From the NCBI RefSeq assembly GCF_025526975.1, contig NW_026515703.1, positions 124,001 to 188,000 on the forward strand: a stretch of 64,000 nucleotides of DNA, read 5' to 3'. The position numbers and the translations under genes were made by a program. Of this stretch, positions 12,440-24,941 are shown piece after piece. The stretch comes from Fimicolochytrium jonesii (lineage: Eukaryota). The notes under the pieces are model-generated. The model did no database searches, was not told the DNA's origin, and saw only the letters and a list, made by a program, of their open reading frames with translations. Each line of letters starts with the position of its first letter. Within the stretch, counting starts at the first letter, position 1.

Positions 12440-14218
12440 ATGACCCTCGCCGAAGAAACCCCCCTAGAAGCGTTCCGCACCTGGCTCCTCCAAAATGGCG
12501 CAACAATGCCTGCGCTCGACTTCAAACCCTCCCTCGAAGGCAGCGCCCCCCGAGGAACCGGGCTCTTCACCCAAATCCCGCTCTCCCTGGCCGCCGAGGA
12601 AACAATCGCCAACGTGCCCTCGCACCTCCTCATCAACTCTGATCTCGTCCTCCGGATATCCCGCGGGGACACCCCCGCGGCACGGCGACTGAAGAAGTGC
12701 CTGGCGTCGTTGGAGGCGGTGGAGATGAGTGTGAGCCAGGCGGCGTTGGAACGGCTCTTTTTGCTGGTCTTTCTGTTGTGGGGGTGGAGTAACGGGCAGG
12801 TGGACGAAGAGGAGGAGGACGGTGGTGGTGAGGAGTTGGATGGCGAAAAGAAGCGGCTGAGTGCGGGGTTCTGGCTGCCCTACATCCGCATCCTCCCCGA
12901 CCTAGACGACCTCGACACGCCCATCTTCTGGCCCGAATCCAGCCCGGCCCTCGCGCTCCTGCAAGGCACGCCCCTGGCAACCGCCGTAGCAGCCAAAAAG
13001 AACAAACTGAACCGCGAATTCGGAGAACTCAAACCACACCTCCAACACCTCCAACCGCCAGGAGTCACAATCACCGAACAACGTTTCCTCTGGGCTGACG
13101 CGGTCTTCTGGTCCCGCGTCCTCTCCCTTGGGTCCGCCCTCCAGATCCAGCCGGACGTCAACGAAAACGCCGCCAGCCCGGACGATTACCACCTCATCCC
13201 TCTAATCGACCTCTGCAACCACTCCCCCGACGCTTCCATCCGCTGGAATATTTCCTCCTCCCCCTCTTCCTCCCCATCACCAGTAATTGATTTACGAGCA
13301 GTAAACGACACAACCCTCCCCGAAAACACAGAACTCTTCATCTCCTACGGCGCCAAACCCAACACCGAGTTCCTCTTCCTCCACGGTTTCGTCATCCCCT
13401 CCAACCCACATAACGCTCTCGTCGTCTCACCCGTACCCTTTATAGAAAGCACCTACCTCCAAACCGAGGATGATGACCTCCCTGATGTCGACCAAACAGC
13501 TATTAAAAACGCGATTCAGGAGAAAATGGAGTTGTTGGCTCGTCTGGGTGTACCACCCATGATCTATCTCTCCCCACCCACCGGAGACGTGACCGATGAG
13601 ACTCTGAGTGAGATCGGACCACATACACCCGACCCGACTTGCGGGATCGTGTCACAGGAGGGGATGGTGGCGATGTATGTTGCCGTATTGACGGGTGAGG
13701 ATGGGTTTGGGAGGGTATCCAAGGCATCCGAGGAGGCTGAGGGTGAGGGGGAGGAGGACGGGATGTTTATGGTGGGTGGCAAACGGCTTCGGGAATGCAC
13801 ACCCGAGGCGTTTTGTAAGATGGTGGACGAGATGGAGCATTATGAGGTTATCAGACTCCGCGTTTGGGCCGTGCTCTTGGGGGTGGTCACCTATAAGCTG
13901 GCCGAACTTGTTGCTCATGAGCCTCCCAACAACTCCACCGACGATGTGGATCCCGTCACCGACTCCACGTCACGTCTCCTCCTCACCAACGAAGCCGCCC
14001 CATCGGAGCACGACCACCCACACTCGCCGAAAGACGCGATCAGAACAGAAAAAGTGCGGATCTTCCGTGAGGGGTTGAAGGATTTGCTTGTGGGGGCTGT
14101 GAGCGTGTTGCAGGGGTTGCAGGAGACGTGGGCGGGGGTTGAGAGTGTTCAGGGGTATTTGAGGGGGATGCAGGAGGAGAGGGAGGAAAGGGAGAGTGAC
14201 GGCAACGATGGGGAGTAG
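12440..14218 (+). CDS. SET-domain protein lysine methyltransferase (Rubisco-LSMT/Rkm/Efm type)
   Basis: RGTGLF, FWLPYIRILP, WADAVFWSR, LIPLIDLCNHS and ELFISYGAKPNTEFLFLHGF motifs. Confidence 0.9.
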   Translation: MTLAEETPLEAFRTWLLQNGATMPALDFKPSLEGSAPRGTGLFTQIPLSLAAEETIANVPSHLLINSDLVLRISRGDTPAARRLKKCLASLEAVEMSVSQAALERLFLLVFLLWGWSNGQVDEEEEDGGGEELDGEKKRLSAGFWLPYIRILPDLDDLDTPIFWPESSPALALLQGTPLATAVAAKKNKLNREFGELKPHLQHLQPPGVTITEQRFLWADAVFWSRVLSLGSALQIQPDVNENAASPDDYHLIPLIDLCNHSPDASIRWNISSSPSSSPSPVIDLRAVNDTTLPENTELFISYGAKPNTEFLFLHGFVIPSNPHNALVVSPVPFIESTYLQTEDDDLPDVDQTAIKNAIQEKMELLARLGVPPMIYLSPPTGDVTDETLSEIGPHTPDPTCGIVSQEGMVAMYVAVLTGEDGFGRVSKASEEAEGEGEEDGMFMVGGKRLRECTPEAFCKMVDEMEHYEVIRLRVWAVLLGVVTYKLAELVAHEPPNNSTDDVDPVTDSTSRLLLTNEAAPSEHDHPHSPKDAIRTEKVRIFREGLKDLLVGAVSVLQGLQETWAGVESVQGYLRGMQEEREERESDGNDGE

Positions 14219-14438
14219 GGTGTTATGAGCTGTACAGTACATACGTATATGCACTCATTGTTCTTACCAACATCAGTTCCGCGATAGGGTCTGAGAGAAA
14301 GGTTTTGTCACAATTGACGCGTGGCAGTCACTCTGTCACTACCATCTTCCAGCGTGCCGAAACTGGTCATCTGTATATCCATGCACGGAGTTCACCTGGC
14401 AAGCAGCGACCGACACTTTTCACTCCACTGTTAGCACC

Positions 14439-17400
14439 ATGGACGGAGGCGACTTTGCTTCGGGGGACGAGGAGCCTCTGGAGTTTTCTATCATTCCTGT
14501 GGATTTGGCCGTTCTGTCGGCATCAGTGCAACTTTCGCCGCTGCGGGAAGACCGGCCGGACTGTTTCACGGCTTCTCAGATCCTTGAGGTCCTGGTAGGA
14601 CATCGCCATTACGCCGTACGCCCGGTTTGGGACCCGTCCTTTGAGGAAAACGTACGTCTCGTTAGGCGGAGTGGTTTCACGGCTTTAAATCAATAATGGC
14701 TTTTTGGGCTCAGCGTGCGGAGAGCCGCTTTCACTGGGAAAGGAAAGTTACGGAAATTCTCAACGATTTCTGTCGTCCGATATTCAACTTCCCGGAAGCT
14801 CTCTTCAAAAAGACGGGCCCCGGTAATTATTGTATCAAAGACCTCCCGTTTCTCAGCGGCCTTGTGCGACAAACTTTAGTACAGACCGACCAAGACCAGC
14901 CGAATATCTTTCAGGCTCGCTGGGGTATATTTTGTTTTGCCGGATTTTTCTCTGGACATTCCGGTTGACATATGATACTGTTTTAGGATCTATTCGCTTA
15001 CGTGCCAGACAACAAGCTTTTTTCGAGAGTCGCGTCGAAAGTCTGTCTGAGCTCCTTGCTGAAGAACCTCTGCAGTCACCTTCTGTCGAGCTTCTGTCGA
15101 TCGACGACGTAGATCGTTTCAGAACAGTCGGGCAATTTACTGTCACAATCAACACTCGGATCTATCTTTCGCTTCAAGGTTGGACGGATGAACAGATCCG
15201 TGACGCCGAATTTGTGAGACGGCATATAAGCACGATCTTCTCCAAGTCTACGGAACATGTGGAGCGCTATGGTTCCCCTCTCATGGTCGAAATCGGGGTG
15301 GTGTTGACTGGCCTCGTTCGGCGGTTGTTTGATTTGCGAAGTGGGACGGAACTCCAGGATGCGATCATGCTACTCTCGGCGAATCATCGTGATGACAAGG
15401 AACTTTGCAGTATACGTTTGGGAAGGCTCCCCAAGGCTCCAAACGGCTATTGGCATTCGGACGCTAGCTTGATATTGGATGCACTCAAGTCCGTCAATGT
15501 TCTGTTCGGGCGGGCGCCGATGGAACGCATGCCATCATCAGCCGAAATTCATGCTGCTGGCGGAGGCATCCTGCAAGCCATTACCCATCATTTTCCGTCG
15601 AGACTTGCCGCGGCCGCAGCCTTCGGGTTCCCGACCGAGCATATGGCTCGTGTGAGACTTTGGTGGGACAATCTCGCCGCCCTATCCGAAGAAGTCAACA
15701 AGTTCGCGCAAGAACTTGTCGCCCGCGGTGAACCAGACCCCGGGAAACTCCCGAGCACCAAATGTTTTCAGGCTGCGGGTCGGGGCGATCTCAGGCACGC
15801 CCTCGAGTTCGCGAGGAAACGGTGGGGCGACAAAGTTTTAGAGGAAAAACTCGGCCTCGTATCGACCAGAATACCCGAGCAAAGGCATGTATTCTAAATG
15901 GAGTGCACCGAAAGCTTTCGCATCTAATCTTTGTGTCTTTTCAGTTATGAGTACGTCTTGCGATGTATCAACGAATATATGGCGCAGTGCTGCCCTGGTG
16001 AACCCCCGCGCATGCCAAGAGGGGCCGAGTTGGTGAAAGCAGGCTATGTTGCCCTGGCGAACCAAATACAAAGCAACTTCGCCCACGATGGTATCGGCAA
16101 AGATTGTAGCGCATATGCAGCCGCTGCTCAGTTTTACGGTCTTCCATACACGCTTTTGCGTCGGCCGCCAAAATGTCAGTGGGGCGTTCAGTTCGGTTGA
16201 CTGCTGTCATCAGTAATTGACCATATAACAGATTGGTTGGATCTTTCCAACGTTCGGCAAGAACTGAATCTCATCATCGCCAAGCTCTTGTTGGATCCCA
16301 ATGTCATGCCACAGCCAGATATCGTCAATGTCGAAAACCACGACTTGAACAAAGCAATCAGGAGCTATCACGGCGGTTTCACAGAATGTGCCATCGCTTT
16401 GGGCATGCACCCACCCGAAGCGACACAGAGAATGAAATTAAGCAGAAGAATCGAGCAAGCTCAACAACAAGCTTCGGTACATGATACCCATGGTTTCCCT
16501 GAAGCTAAATTTGGTGCTATCGGAGGTAAAGGGAAGAAGGCAGCGAGTGGTCTGAAAGCGGATCTCGGAGGCGCAAAAGCAGCCAAAGGGAACGGAAAGA
16601 CGAACGCTCAATCTTCCACAACGGGAAAAAAAGTGGGAGCTCGGAAATGGTGGACGCCGGAATATTGTCAGAGAAAAATTTTGGAATTCGTTGCAACCCT
16701 CGAAGAAGAGATGCAGAACTTGATGCCCACCAAACACGAGCTTCTCGCTGCCAAGGACGCGAAGGGACCTACTTTGGCCAGAAACATCCCGGAATGTTTT
16801 CGGCCAACTCCCGACGACAACGAAGGCAACGCGTACGCGAAAACTGCTCGGGTGTGTGGGCTAGAATATGTCAGACTCACGAAACCCGACGACTGTAAGT
16901 GCACCACTTTGATAGCCTATCAGTCTTTGCCGCTGATCCTGGTTCTGCTTGCGCGTTCTTTTCTCACAAGATTGATCGTCAATGGACAATGTTCGGAAAG
17001 AAATTGACAAAATCATCGTCGTCAGAGGCTTGGGACGTGTAATGCCGTCTTTCACCCATTTCGTGCAAACGAAAAACCTAGGGCTTTACAACAGAATTCT
17101 GTACTCTCTTGGTGGACACGAGGCGCTTGCTCGGGAGCTCAACCTCGAGATCGACCCCAAAACCGTCCGGAAGAGGAAGAGGGACGATCCCAAAGTCGCT
17201 CAAGCGCCAACGTCTTCGAATGTGTCAACTGCTTTCACCGACTCGCACGACCGACTCGAGTGCCCTTTCGAAAAATGCAAGCAAACGTACAAGAAACAGC
17301 GGTGGCTGGAGCTGCATACAGAGAAGAAGCATCGCGCAAACGATTCGTCACCCCTTCCCAAGCGACATGCCGCCAGCCAGAAGTTTTCTTGCCCACATGA

Positions 17401-17491
17401 AGGGTGTCATTACGGAGCGATGTACGAAGCACGGTTGCGGAGTCATCTTGCATCGAAGCATCCGCAGGGTGATTCGATGGATACATCTTGA
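14439..17491 (+). CDS. Protein with six degenerate helical repeats (YW...MP...L..AI...GG..A..LGL) and two C-terminal C2H2 fingers; has an in-frame TGA, so possibly a pseudogene
   Basis: Predicted introns 14652-14713, 14925-14986, 15885-15944 (GC-AG), 16175-16231 and 16895-16970 join six ORF pieces in frame; fingers CPFEKC..HTEKKH and CPHEGC..HLASKH; TGA at 16973-16975. Confidence 0.7.
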
Positions 17492-17729
17492 AAGGAGTTC
17501 CTGACTGGTGATCATGCGTTGCAAATGATGATTTAACACACCAATTTTTGTTATCCGCTGTAGAATGTGGATACAGGAACCATTATGCATTTACCCTATT
17601 CTGATGTAAAAGTGCTTTGAGTAGCAGATTGCAGCCGTATCTTAGCTAGCTAGCCTACGCCGTGACCATCTGCCCACTACCCCTAAAACCTGAGGCCCCA
17701 CCCCCGCTGCCACCATCATTTGTGTTTCC

Positions 17730-19789
17730 TCAGCCATCATCCTCCTCGCTAGATTCGCTGCTATCGTCACTACTGCTGCTATCCCCGTCTTCCCTACATG
17801 CTGCCAGATCAATTTCCATCGCCTTCATTCGTTGCACGGTGAAACATTGGAGGTCTGTCATTTGTTGTTGAATCTTCTTCGCCATGTCGTCCGTCCCCTT
17901 TTTGCTCTTCTTTCCCGTCCTCTTGCGCTTGGTTGGATGGCGGTCCGGCCGCACATCGCAAGTCATCGCAAGATTGTCGTCGGCTGCAGACCCTGGGGCT
18001 CCCAACGCCGCCGCGACATCCTGAGCGGGGGCGTCACCGAAAATTTCAGAACAGAAGCACCGGTCATTTTCATGAGGTGCATTGTCACGATTTTCTCGTT
18101 CTTGACGAACTCGGTACCACTAGTGTGTTGACCAGTTTTCTTCTTGTTCCTGTGATTCCAACAAAGGGTGATGTCAGAGAAGGTACACGAAGACCGTGCA
18201 CTCAAACTCACTTTTTGGCTTTCTTCTTCCCTTTTGTCGGCTGCCCCGTCCTCTCATGCTCGGTCCTGATTCCGAGCTTCTTCAGCACCTTAGTCATCTT
18301 GAATGGCTTCAAGGTGATGATGTAGGCAATGTTATCTTCGTCATTTGGCAACGGCCTCAAAGCCCGCCCTATGATTTGTTCGACCTGATTGACTGAAGTC
18401 ATACCGCAAAAGAATCCTATCACCGAGATGTATCTGAAACGAGTTTCAGATGGGTTTCAGGCAATGAACTTCCGTGCTGTTTGGTTAACCAAGCGCCTAC
18501 TTGTTGTCGTATCCCTCCGTTAGTTTGAAGATATGCGCCAGGCCATCCAGCTCTCCGCCGCCGAAACTTTTGAGGATGTCTTCGTTCGTCGTCACACTGT
18601 GGTCTCGAGACGAAACATAGCTGCTCTTCACGCTGCGCGGATTGCCCAGCTCATCGGGGACTTCGAAGGTCTTCATGGGACCTGACACCAACTGGGCGTG
18701 ATCCGTGTTGGCGGCTGTCCCAAGGAATTGATGATGCGTACCCTTTAAAGCCCTATTGGCCTTGAGGGCTTCCACCATACGTTTGGCAACGTGCCAAAAG
18801 GCCGGAAGAGTGGTCAGCGCCCGGCGGGCGTCGCTACTGAGATCTGGGTCGTCTAGTTCCGCGGCTGTGTAGACTTCATACTCAGGCTCCTGCACTACCC
18901 CGTCCAAAATCTGTTCGACTTCGATTTGCAGGTCATCAACTTCGAGACAGATGTGCACAGGGTGCTTAATGATCCTTCTGCCTTTCGCATCCCTGTATTT
19001 GTCCGCCCATTTCAAAGACCACGAAGATATGATTTCGCATTCGATCGTTTGTCCGTCGTGGCGGGTGAGCCTCGCCGAAATAAACAGCTGTATATGTAGG
19101 AAGACCGTTAGCACGAAAACCCCAACTATACTGAGAAAAATTCTGAGAACGCTTACAAAATGGCAAGTATCATGGCTGAATTCCTGTATGAAGTTGATGT
19201 ACGTAGACGCCGCAGCGTGATGAGCCTCATCCATAATGACCAAGTCAGGGATAAATCCGCAGTTCTCCATCATAGCTCTCGTGACACCAGCAAATCTGTG
19301 ATAGTTTCCGATGAGAATAGTGCAATTTTGTAGGCGTTGCGTCGCGTTGGGGTCTTGCAGCGACTCGAGGTTGGTGGCATTGGCCGGTTCGGAAGAGAGG
19401 GTACGAAGACCACTAGCGTTCCAGGCACGACGGTCCTTCACAAGTCGATCGCGGATTTCAATAAACTTCTCATAAATTTGCGATCGTAGGGTGATGTTGG
19501 GCTGAATGACCGCCGTTTTCAACCCTCGGAACTGGAAATATATGGCGATAGCAGCTAGAGTCCAGCTTTTTCCCGTGGCCGTGGGCCTCTCGATGCCTGC
19601 TGGAGGCGGGTGGCCAGGTTTCGAGGGTAAGAAGCAATGGCGGAGGAAGCGGTAAACATCGTCACGCTGGTAGTCGCGCAAGTAACGGACAATTTGGAGG
19701 AACGTCGCACGGTCGCCCGGGTTAAGAGCGTTATGCAGCTTAGCCATGTCCTCAGGGGAGCATAGCGGAGTTGCTGTATCTGTGGGCAT
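17730..19789 (-). CDS. Superfamily 2 DExH helicase, ResIII/Irc3-like; 3' end uncertain
   Basis: Motif I PTATGKS, Ia QPNITLRSQ, II IMDEAHH, III ISAR..R.DG, V LTEGYD, VI QIIGRALR; introns 19156-19088 and 18500-18434, further donor near 18211. Confidence 0.85.
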
Positions 19790-20456
19790 CCTTCCTTCTT
19801 TTTCCTGATGGTGGCAGAAGAGGTACAGAGAAAGGGGGTCACTGAGGCCGTGTTGACTTGTATATACGAGGACGAGGCGACTGACAGGCGGAGCTCTTAC
19901 GTAATACGCGTCACAGGAAGCATTTCTCCACATTCTCGCTTCCGCAAGATAGCGGGGGGATGCATGGCGGCATTATCGCTCCACAAGGATATCATGAGAT
20001 ATTGAGGGATACATACACTCCAAAGCGGAGACGGGTCACGGTCTCATACGCAGCAGCCCTACGGGTTGACGCTATGAGCCTCTCCCCTCCAAAACGTCAT
20101 GTGTGGAGAGAGTTCGGGGTATTCGAGGGGTTGCAGGTCGAGGGTGACGACATAAGGGGTCCCGTTGAGTTGGAGTGGGGTGTGCTTCCTGGGGTTACAG
20201 TAAATGTATGATAAATTGCTGATCATAGACAGCAAAACATTTGCATGATTCTGTAAGGCATGTTTTTGAATTATATGTACATCTTTGCATAATTGTACGA
20301 CACACACAAGGGCCTAAGATACTTGACTGGATGTCCATCGGTGATCGTGTGGATGGCGGTGAGAGATCATGAGACAGATGAAGATGAGAAATGTGCCAGT
20401 TATGCGGTGCGTGGGGAAGATGGCGATGCCTCCAGGACCAAAACCTATCAACGCGG

Positions 20457-21478
20457 CTATGCCCTTAACGCAGACAACCGCGCCGCCATACTGTCTATAT
20501 CCTCCTCCTGCACTTTCTTCTGTTCCTTCTCCACCTAAAAAAAAAGAAGAAACCCCCATCAACACACCTCGTCAACCATCTCAACACCATCCTTCAATCG
20601 CATACTCACCTCCAACCCCCCATCCACAGCCCCCGGCGCCTCCCCCAACCGCCCATCCGTCAGCTCAAACAGCACCTTATTAACCTCCTCCTCCGCCTCC
20701 TCCTCAACGCCGTCTTCATCACCCATAGCGTTCTCCAACGTATCCTCCATCATCTCGTCGATGATACCAGCCTTCATCATCTCCGCGGACATTTCTTGCA
20801 TGGTGGAGGAGATCTCGGGCAGTTTGATGAGGTTGTTGACGGTGGACATTATTGCGGTGGATTTTTGCAGTGTGCCGGCGATTTTGGTTGTTGCTGGAGG
20901 GGAGGGAGAGAGGGTTAACAGCTATCAGCTATGGACCATCGAACGTCAACCGTCAACCAAGATGAGCAGTGGGGAGAGTATTGCCACATTGACGCAATGT
21001 GGCTCGCTCAGCTCGCGGAGGTGTTCGGTTGGCGAAACCGCGATCCCTCAACCCTCACACCCTCCCCCAAATCCCCTAAATCCCAGTTCCCTCCCAAACT
21101 CACCAAGCTGATGCTGCATACTCATATTCAAAGAATTCAACTGCGCCTTCGAACTAGCAATCCGATCCCGTGCTTTCCTGCTCCTGACAACCTCCTTCGC
21201 CAGTATCCTGCAACTCGTGACATCGTTCCGCTTTGCGGCGAGTTTCAAGGACCGCTTGACTTTCGCTTCCTCAGTTTCGATCCCACGCGCGGATTTGTCG
21301 AGCTCGCGTTCTTGGGAGCGGATTTGTTGGCGCCATTTTTTTACCTGGGGGATGAGGGGGGTGGGGTGAGCTTGATGGGTGGGGATGGGGATGAGATGGG
21401 TAGCGGGGGTGATGGGGTATTTACCAGCTCTTCGGGGGTGGGTTTCTTCCCTATTAGGGACTGCATGAGGGAGGCCAT
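20457..21478 (-). CDS. VPS24: ESCRT-III subunit Vps24/CHMP3, multi-exon
   Basis: KKWRQQIRSQERELDK, ILAKEVVRSRK, SKAQLNS, EMMKAGIIDEMMEDT, C-terminal MAARLSALRA* from spliced exons. Confidence 0.93.
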
Positions 21479-24400
21479 GGCGGTGGGTCGGGGTTGAAGC
21501 GACTGCTCTATGCTGTAAGGGTTGCCTTTGCGGAAAGTGAGGTTCTGCTCTTCTTGCGGTCGTTTGTCTGGGTCGGTCGTTGTCCTGCCCAAGTGTTCAA
21601 ATGCTGGCTGAAATGCGGGGAAAGGATTCTGACGCGCCAAGAGACCAAAAGTCGCTCGTTGCCCATTGTGAACCCGTTTTTGACCCTCGCACAACGCCCC
21701 GGACAAATTAACCAGCATCGCAAGAGGCCTCGTCAGCTGCAAGAACAACCATGTCCAAACTTGGTCTTCCTTTGGACACGTCGGACGAGACCATCCGTCT
21801 TTCTTTGGTTGCTGAAGGCACGGCAACCCGCAAACCCACATTCATATTACGTTGCCAAGTACGATTGTAAAAGCTTTGATCATTCTGGGAACAAAGCACC
21901 ACCGTGGAACCTCCCCGATGTCTGCCCGTTTGAGGCGTCGAATCGGGTGTGATAGGTCACTTAGTTACCAGCCCTCCGTTCGCCCTGCCCATCGCATCTC
22001 ATCTGATACCTGAACAAGTCTGCGCACTGGAAATTTCCCTGTACCAGATCCCCGACACACATTCACCCTCACTTCTTTCAAAAGTGTAATCAATACCGGC
22101 AATTCCTCAAGATATTCATGCCCCCCGTTTACTACCCCCCGCAGACATTACGATGCCGGCCCGATCCGTCTTCACGTCGCGTCCAGGACCATTTTCTAGG
22201 AGGCACGCCGTCAGTATCACATGCGGAGACGAAGAGCTATCCGGAAGGATGAGTGGCCGGACGGCAATAGCGAGGGAACCATTGGCAAAGTGGGATACGG
22301 TCGACAGACCGGTAGGGTTCCGGCCACGTCGTCAGGGGCTGTACGCTCTGCAGATAGCAGGGCATTGGAAGGATAGGATTTATAACCATTCGTAACCAGT
22401 CTCTACCATCGTCCCATTCGTGGATCATCAACCCGAGAGCGACGTTCCGTTGTCTATCTTCGTACCCGACTTGCACAGCCTACCGTGAAAGAAATTAAAA
22501 ACGTCCGAACTATGCTCAACTTTGACAACCCAGTACGTGCTGCGGGGGATCTCCAGCGGTGCGGGGAAATGGAAATTGACGGTAATGCAGTTCGAAAGAG
22601 TCTTGACCGTCAAAGTCTGCGGCAAAGTGCACGGACATCGTCTCACCCATGAGGAGACCGCGCGTATCACTGATATAGTCGCTTTTGCGATCTTTGGGAG
22701 ATTTCCACGGTGCTTCAATGAAACCATCACAATCCTGCGCTACCAATCCGACGTGAAGGCAATATCTCCAACCCAAGGCTCCAGCCATAAACGATCCCTT
22801 CAGGAGTTAGGATAACACCGCGACGCCCCTATGTGCCGCTTTTCGCTGAGTAGGCCGCATCTGCTCATTTGTCACGCCGAGACACAGTCATTACTTCATA
22901 GAGGGGATGTGACCACACATCTAGAACGACTCAAGGGTTCCTGGAAATATCGTCACCAAAGAAGTTTTCCATGTATAGGACACGAGACAAAGTGGGCGAC
23001 GGGGGAACTGGAAAAGGTTAAGGGCCTGGATGTGGATTCTACGCTGCAGACTCCTCTAGAGGGCTCGATTTGGACCTTATACCTAGCCACTTGCTGGCTC
23101 GCTCAAGTCTTGTACATATACACGACCTGTCGCTCATGTCGTGACCATTACTGACAATTGTGATATACGTCCTCAGACGTCCCTCACTGACAAGAAGACC
23201 AAACCCTCAGAGTTGCTTGCAACCGAACAAAAGCAACCGAACAAAAGGAACAAATGGGTTCTCAAACGTTCAAGATGGAGATGTTATAGACATGCGTTGT
23301 GCTAGATCTAGGTATACTGCTACAAGCTGGTTTGGGAGCTGGCCTGCAAGTTTCCAACCCTCTGCGTAACAAAATAACAGGCCTTCGTAAGTATAAAGCC
23401 CCTCACCACAGAAAATGTTTCTGGTCCAGCCCGCGCGAGGTGTTCAGTGGTCTGTCATCTCTACGCCGGGGCGATGCACTTCACCTGCTCTCCAACAAGT
23501 CACGTCGTCTCCCAGGACACTCGGCTGTTTCCACCCGTCGATACTCTTTATTCGAGGACTCACGTAGATAATGCGCGGTCTCGGGATGCGTCGGAAATGA
23601 AGAAACGTACTGCTGACGGGGCTTTCTAGCGGGATGCGGCAGAGCACGTTTTGGACGTGAGACAAGTCCGTGCAAGGCGGGCTACCTTGGAGTTCCTGCG
23701 GTCCGGTTTCTCCTTTCCTCCCATCATGAGTACTCCACTACCATGGTGACCAACGCGACGCTTGCATGCGTCTGAGACGCCTTCGATGATGTTGCAGTCG
23801 GCAAACGGGGATATAAGGTGGGAATCTATTGCGATGACTCGATTTTTTGTTACTCCCCGCATAGAGAGATCTCATAATATGGGGCGGCCGAACAGCAAGC
23901 GTACTCCTTTAGAGGTCAGCGCAAGCACAATCAATCGCCGCGTATAACCGGTTGAACTTGGACTTGACTAAGTTGCAACTTCGGGATGCTGTCACTGCCC
24001 GTCAATACGGTGGAGACGTCCTCATGCTGTCAAGCACGATATTTTGGAATAGTTCGCGCATGAGTGCGAATTCCCCGGGCGTACTGTAGTGACTGCGATC
24101 GAGACGCTGCTGTGTGATGCGTGAACTTGGGAACAGTGCCTTTGATAGAGTGTGAAGACTTCGATCCGGGTGAGGTGGTACCTCTGTTCTGCGCGAGCGG
24201 CGATTCGGGCTCTCAAGGCCTTGTATTTTCCCCACCCGGGTATCGAAGACCTTGGCTAGCGCCGCAGTCGCAAGTCCAACTCTGTCTTCACCCGGTCGGT
24301 TATCGACTCAAGGCGAGTACGATTCGAGACGACTCCTTTAAGCCTATTGAGCTCTACATTTGAAACGCGAAGCCGGTCATGCATTAGCGACTGGCGCAGT

Positions 24401-24941
24401 GCGGCTGCTGCTTTACAAGCTCATTCTCATTTGACGAGGCTCTATAGACAGCTGCTGCATGCAAGCGACTGCACTTCCATGTCGACTGGTCATTTGAATG
24501 CCGCCGCATCTCCGCCGCCGTGAGATGATGTTATCGGCTCTCGCCAACAGCTGACTGTCGCAAGCACATCAATAAACTATTCTAACATGAATCAATCCGT
24601 TTGGTCGTCTGGACAGGCTGCGTATGGCGGGGATCCCATCCCGCTTGCACTCTGCTGCCGGATGACAGCAGCTGATGATTAGAAGCGTTGGATCTTACGT
24701 GAAGAAGACTGTTGGTGGGATGCATCGTAGTGTCAAGCTGCCTGCCAGCCTGCAAAGGTGTCGCGCGCGTAGGTTGGAGTCTTGTGATGCAGCTTGTGAT
24801 GGCGTCGTGACAACAGACGTGACTGGATGAAGCCACTCTCAGGACATTTCACAACGAAGAAGAGTTACCTCCAAGGACCCTTGAAATCCACACTTCCCTC
24901 TCCGTGCAATCGACCTGGTCCGGAAGAGAGCTCCCGCAAGC

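Noticed and set aside
14250..20300. Intact transposon, Starship or endogenous giant virus call for the helicase island
   Set aside because: No terminal repeats, target-site duplication, transposase, tyrosine recombinase or viral hallmark gene seen; both genes carry spliceosomal introns
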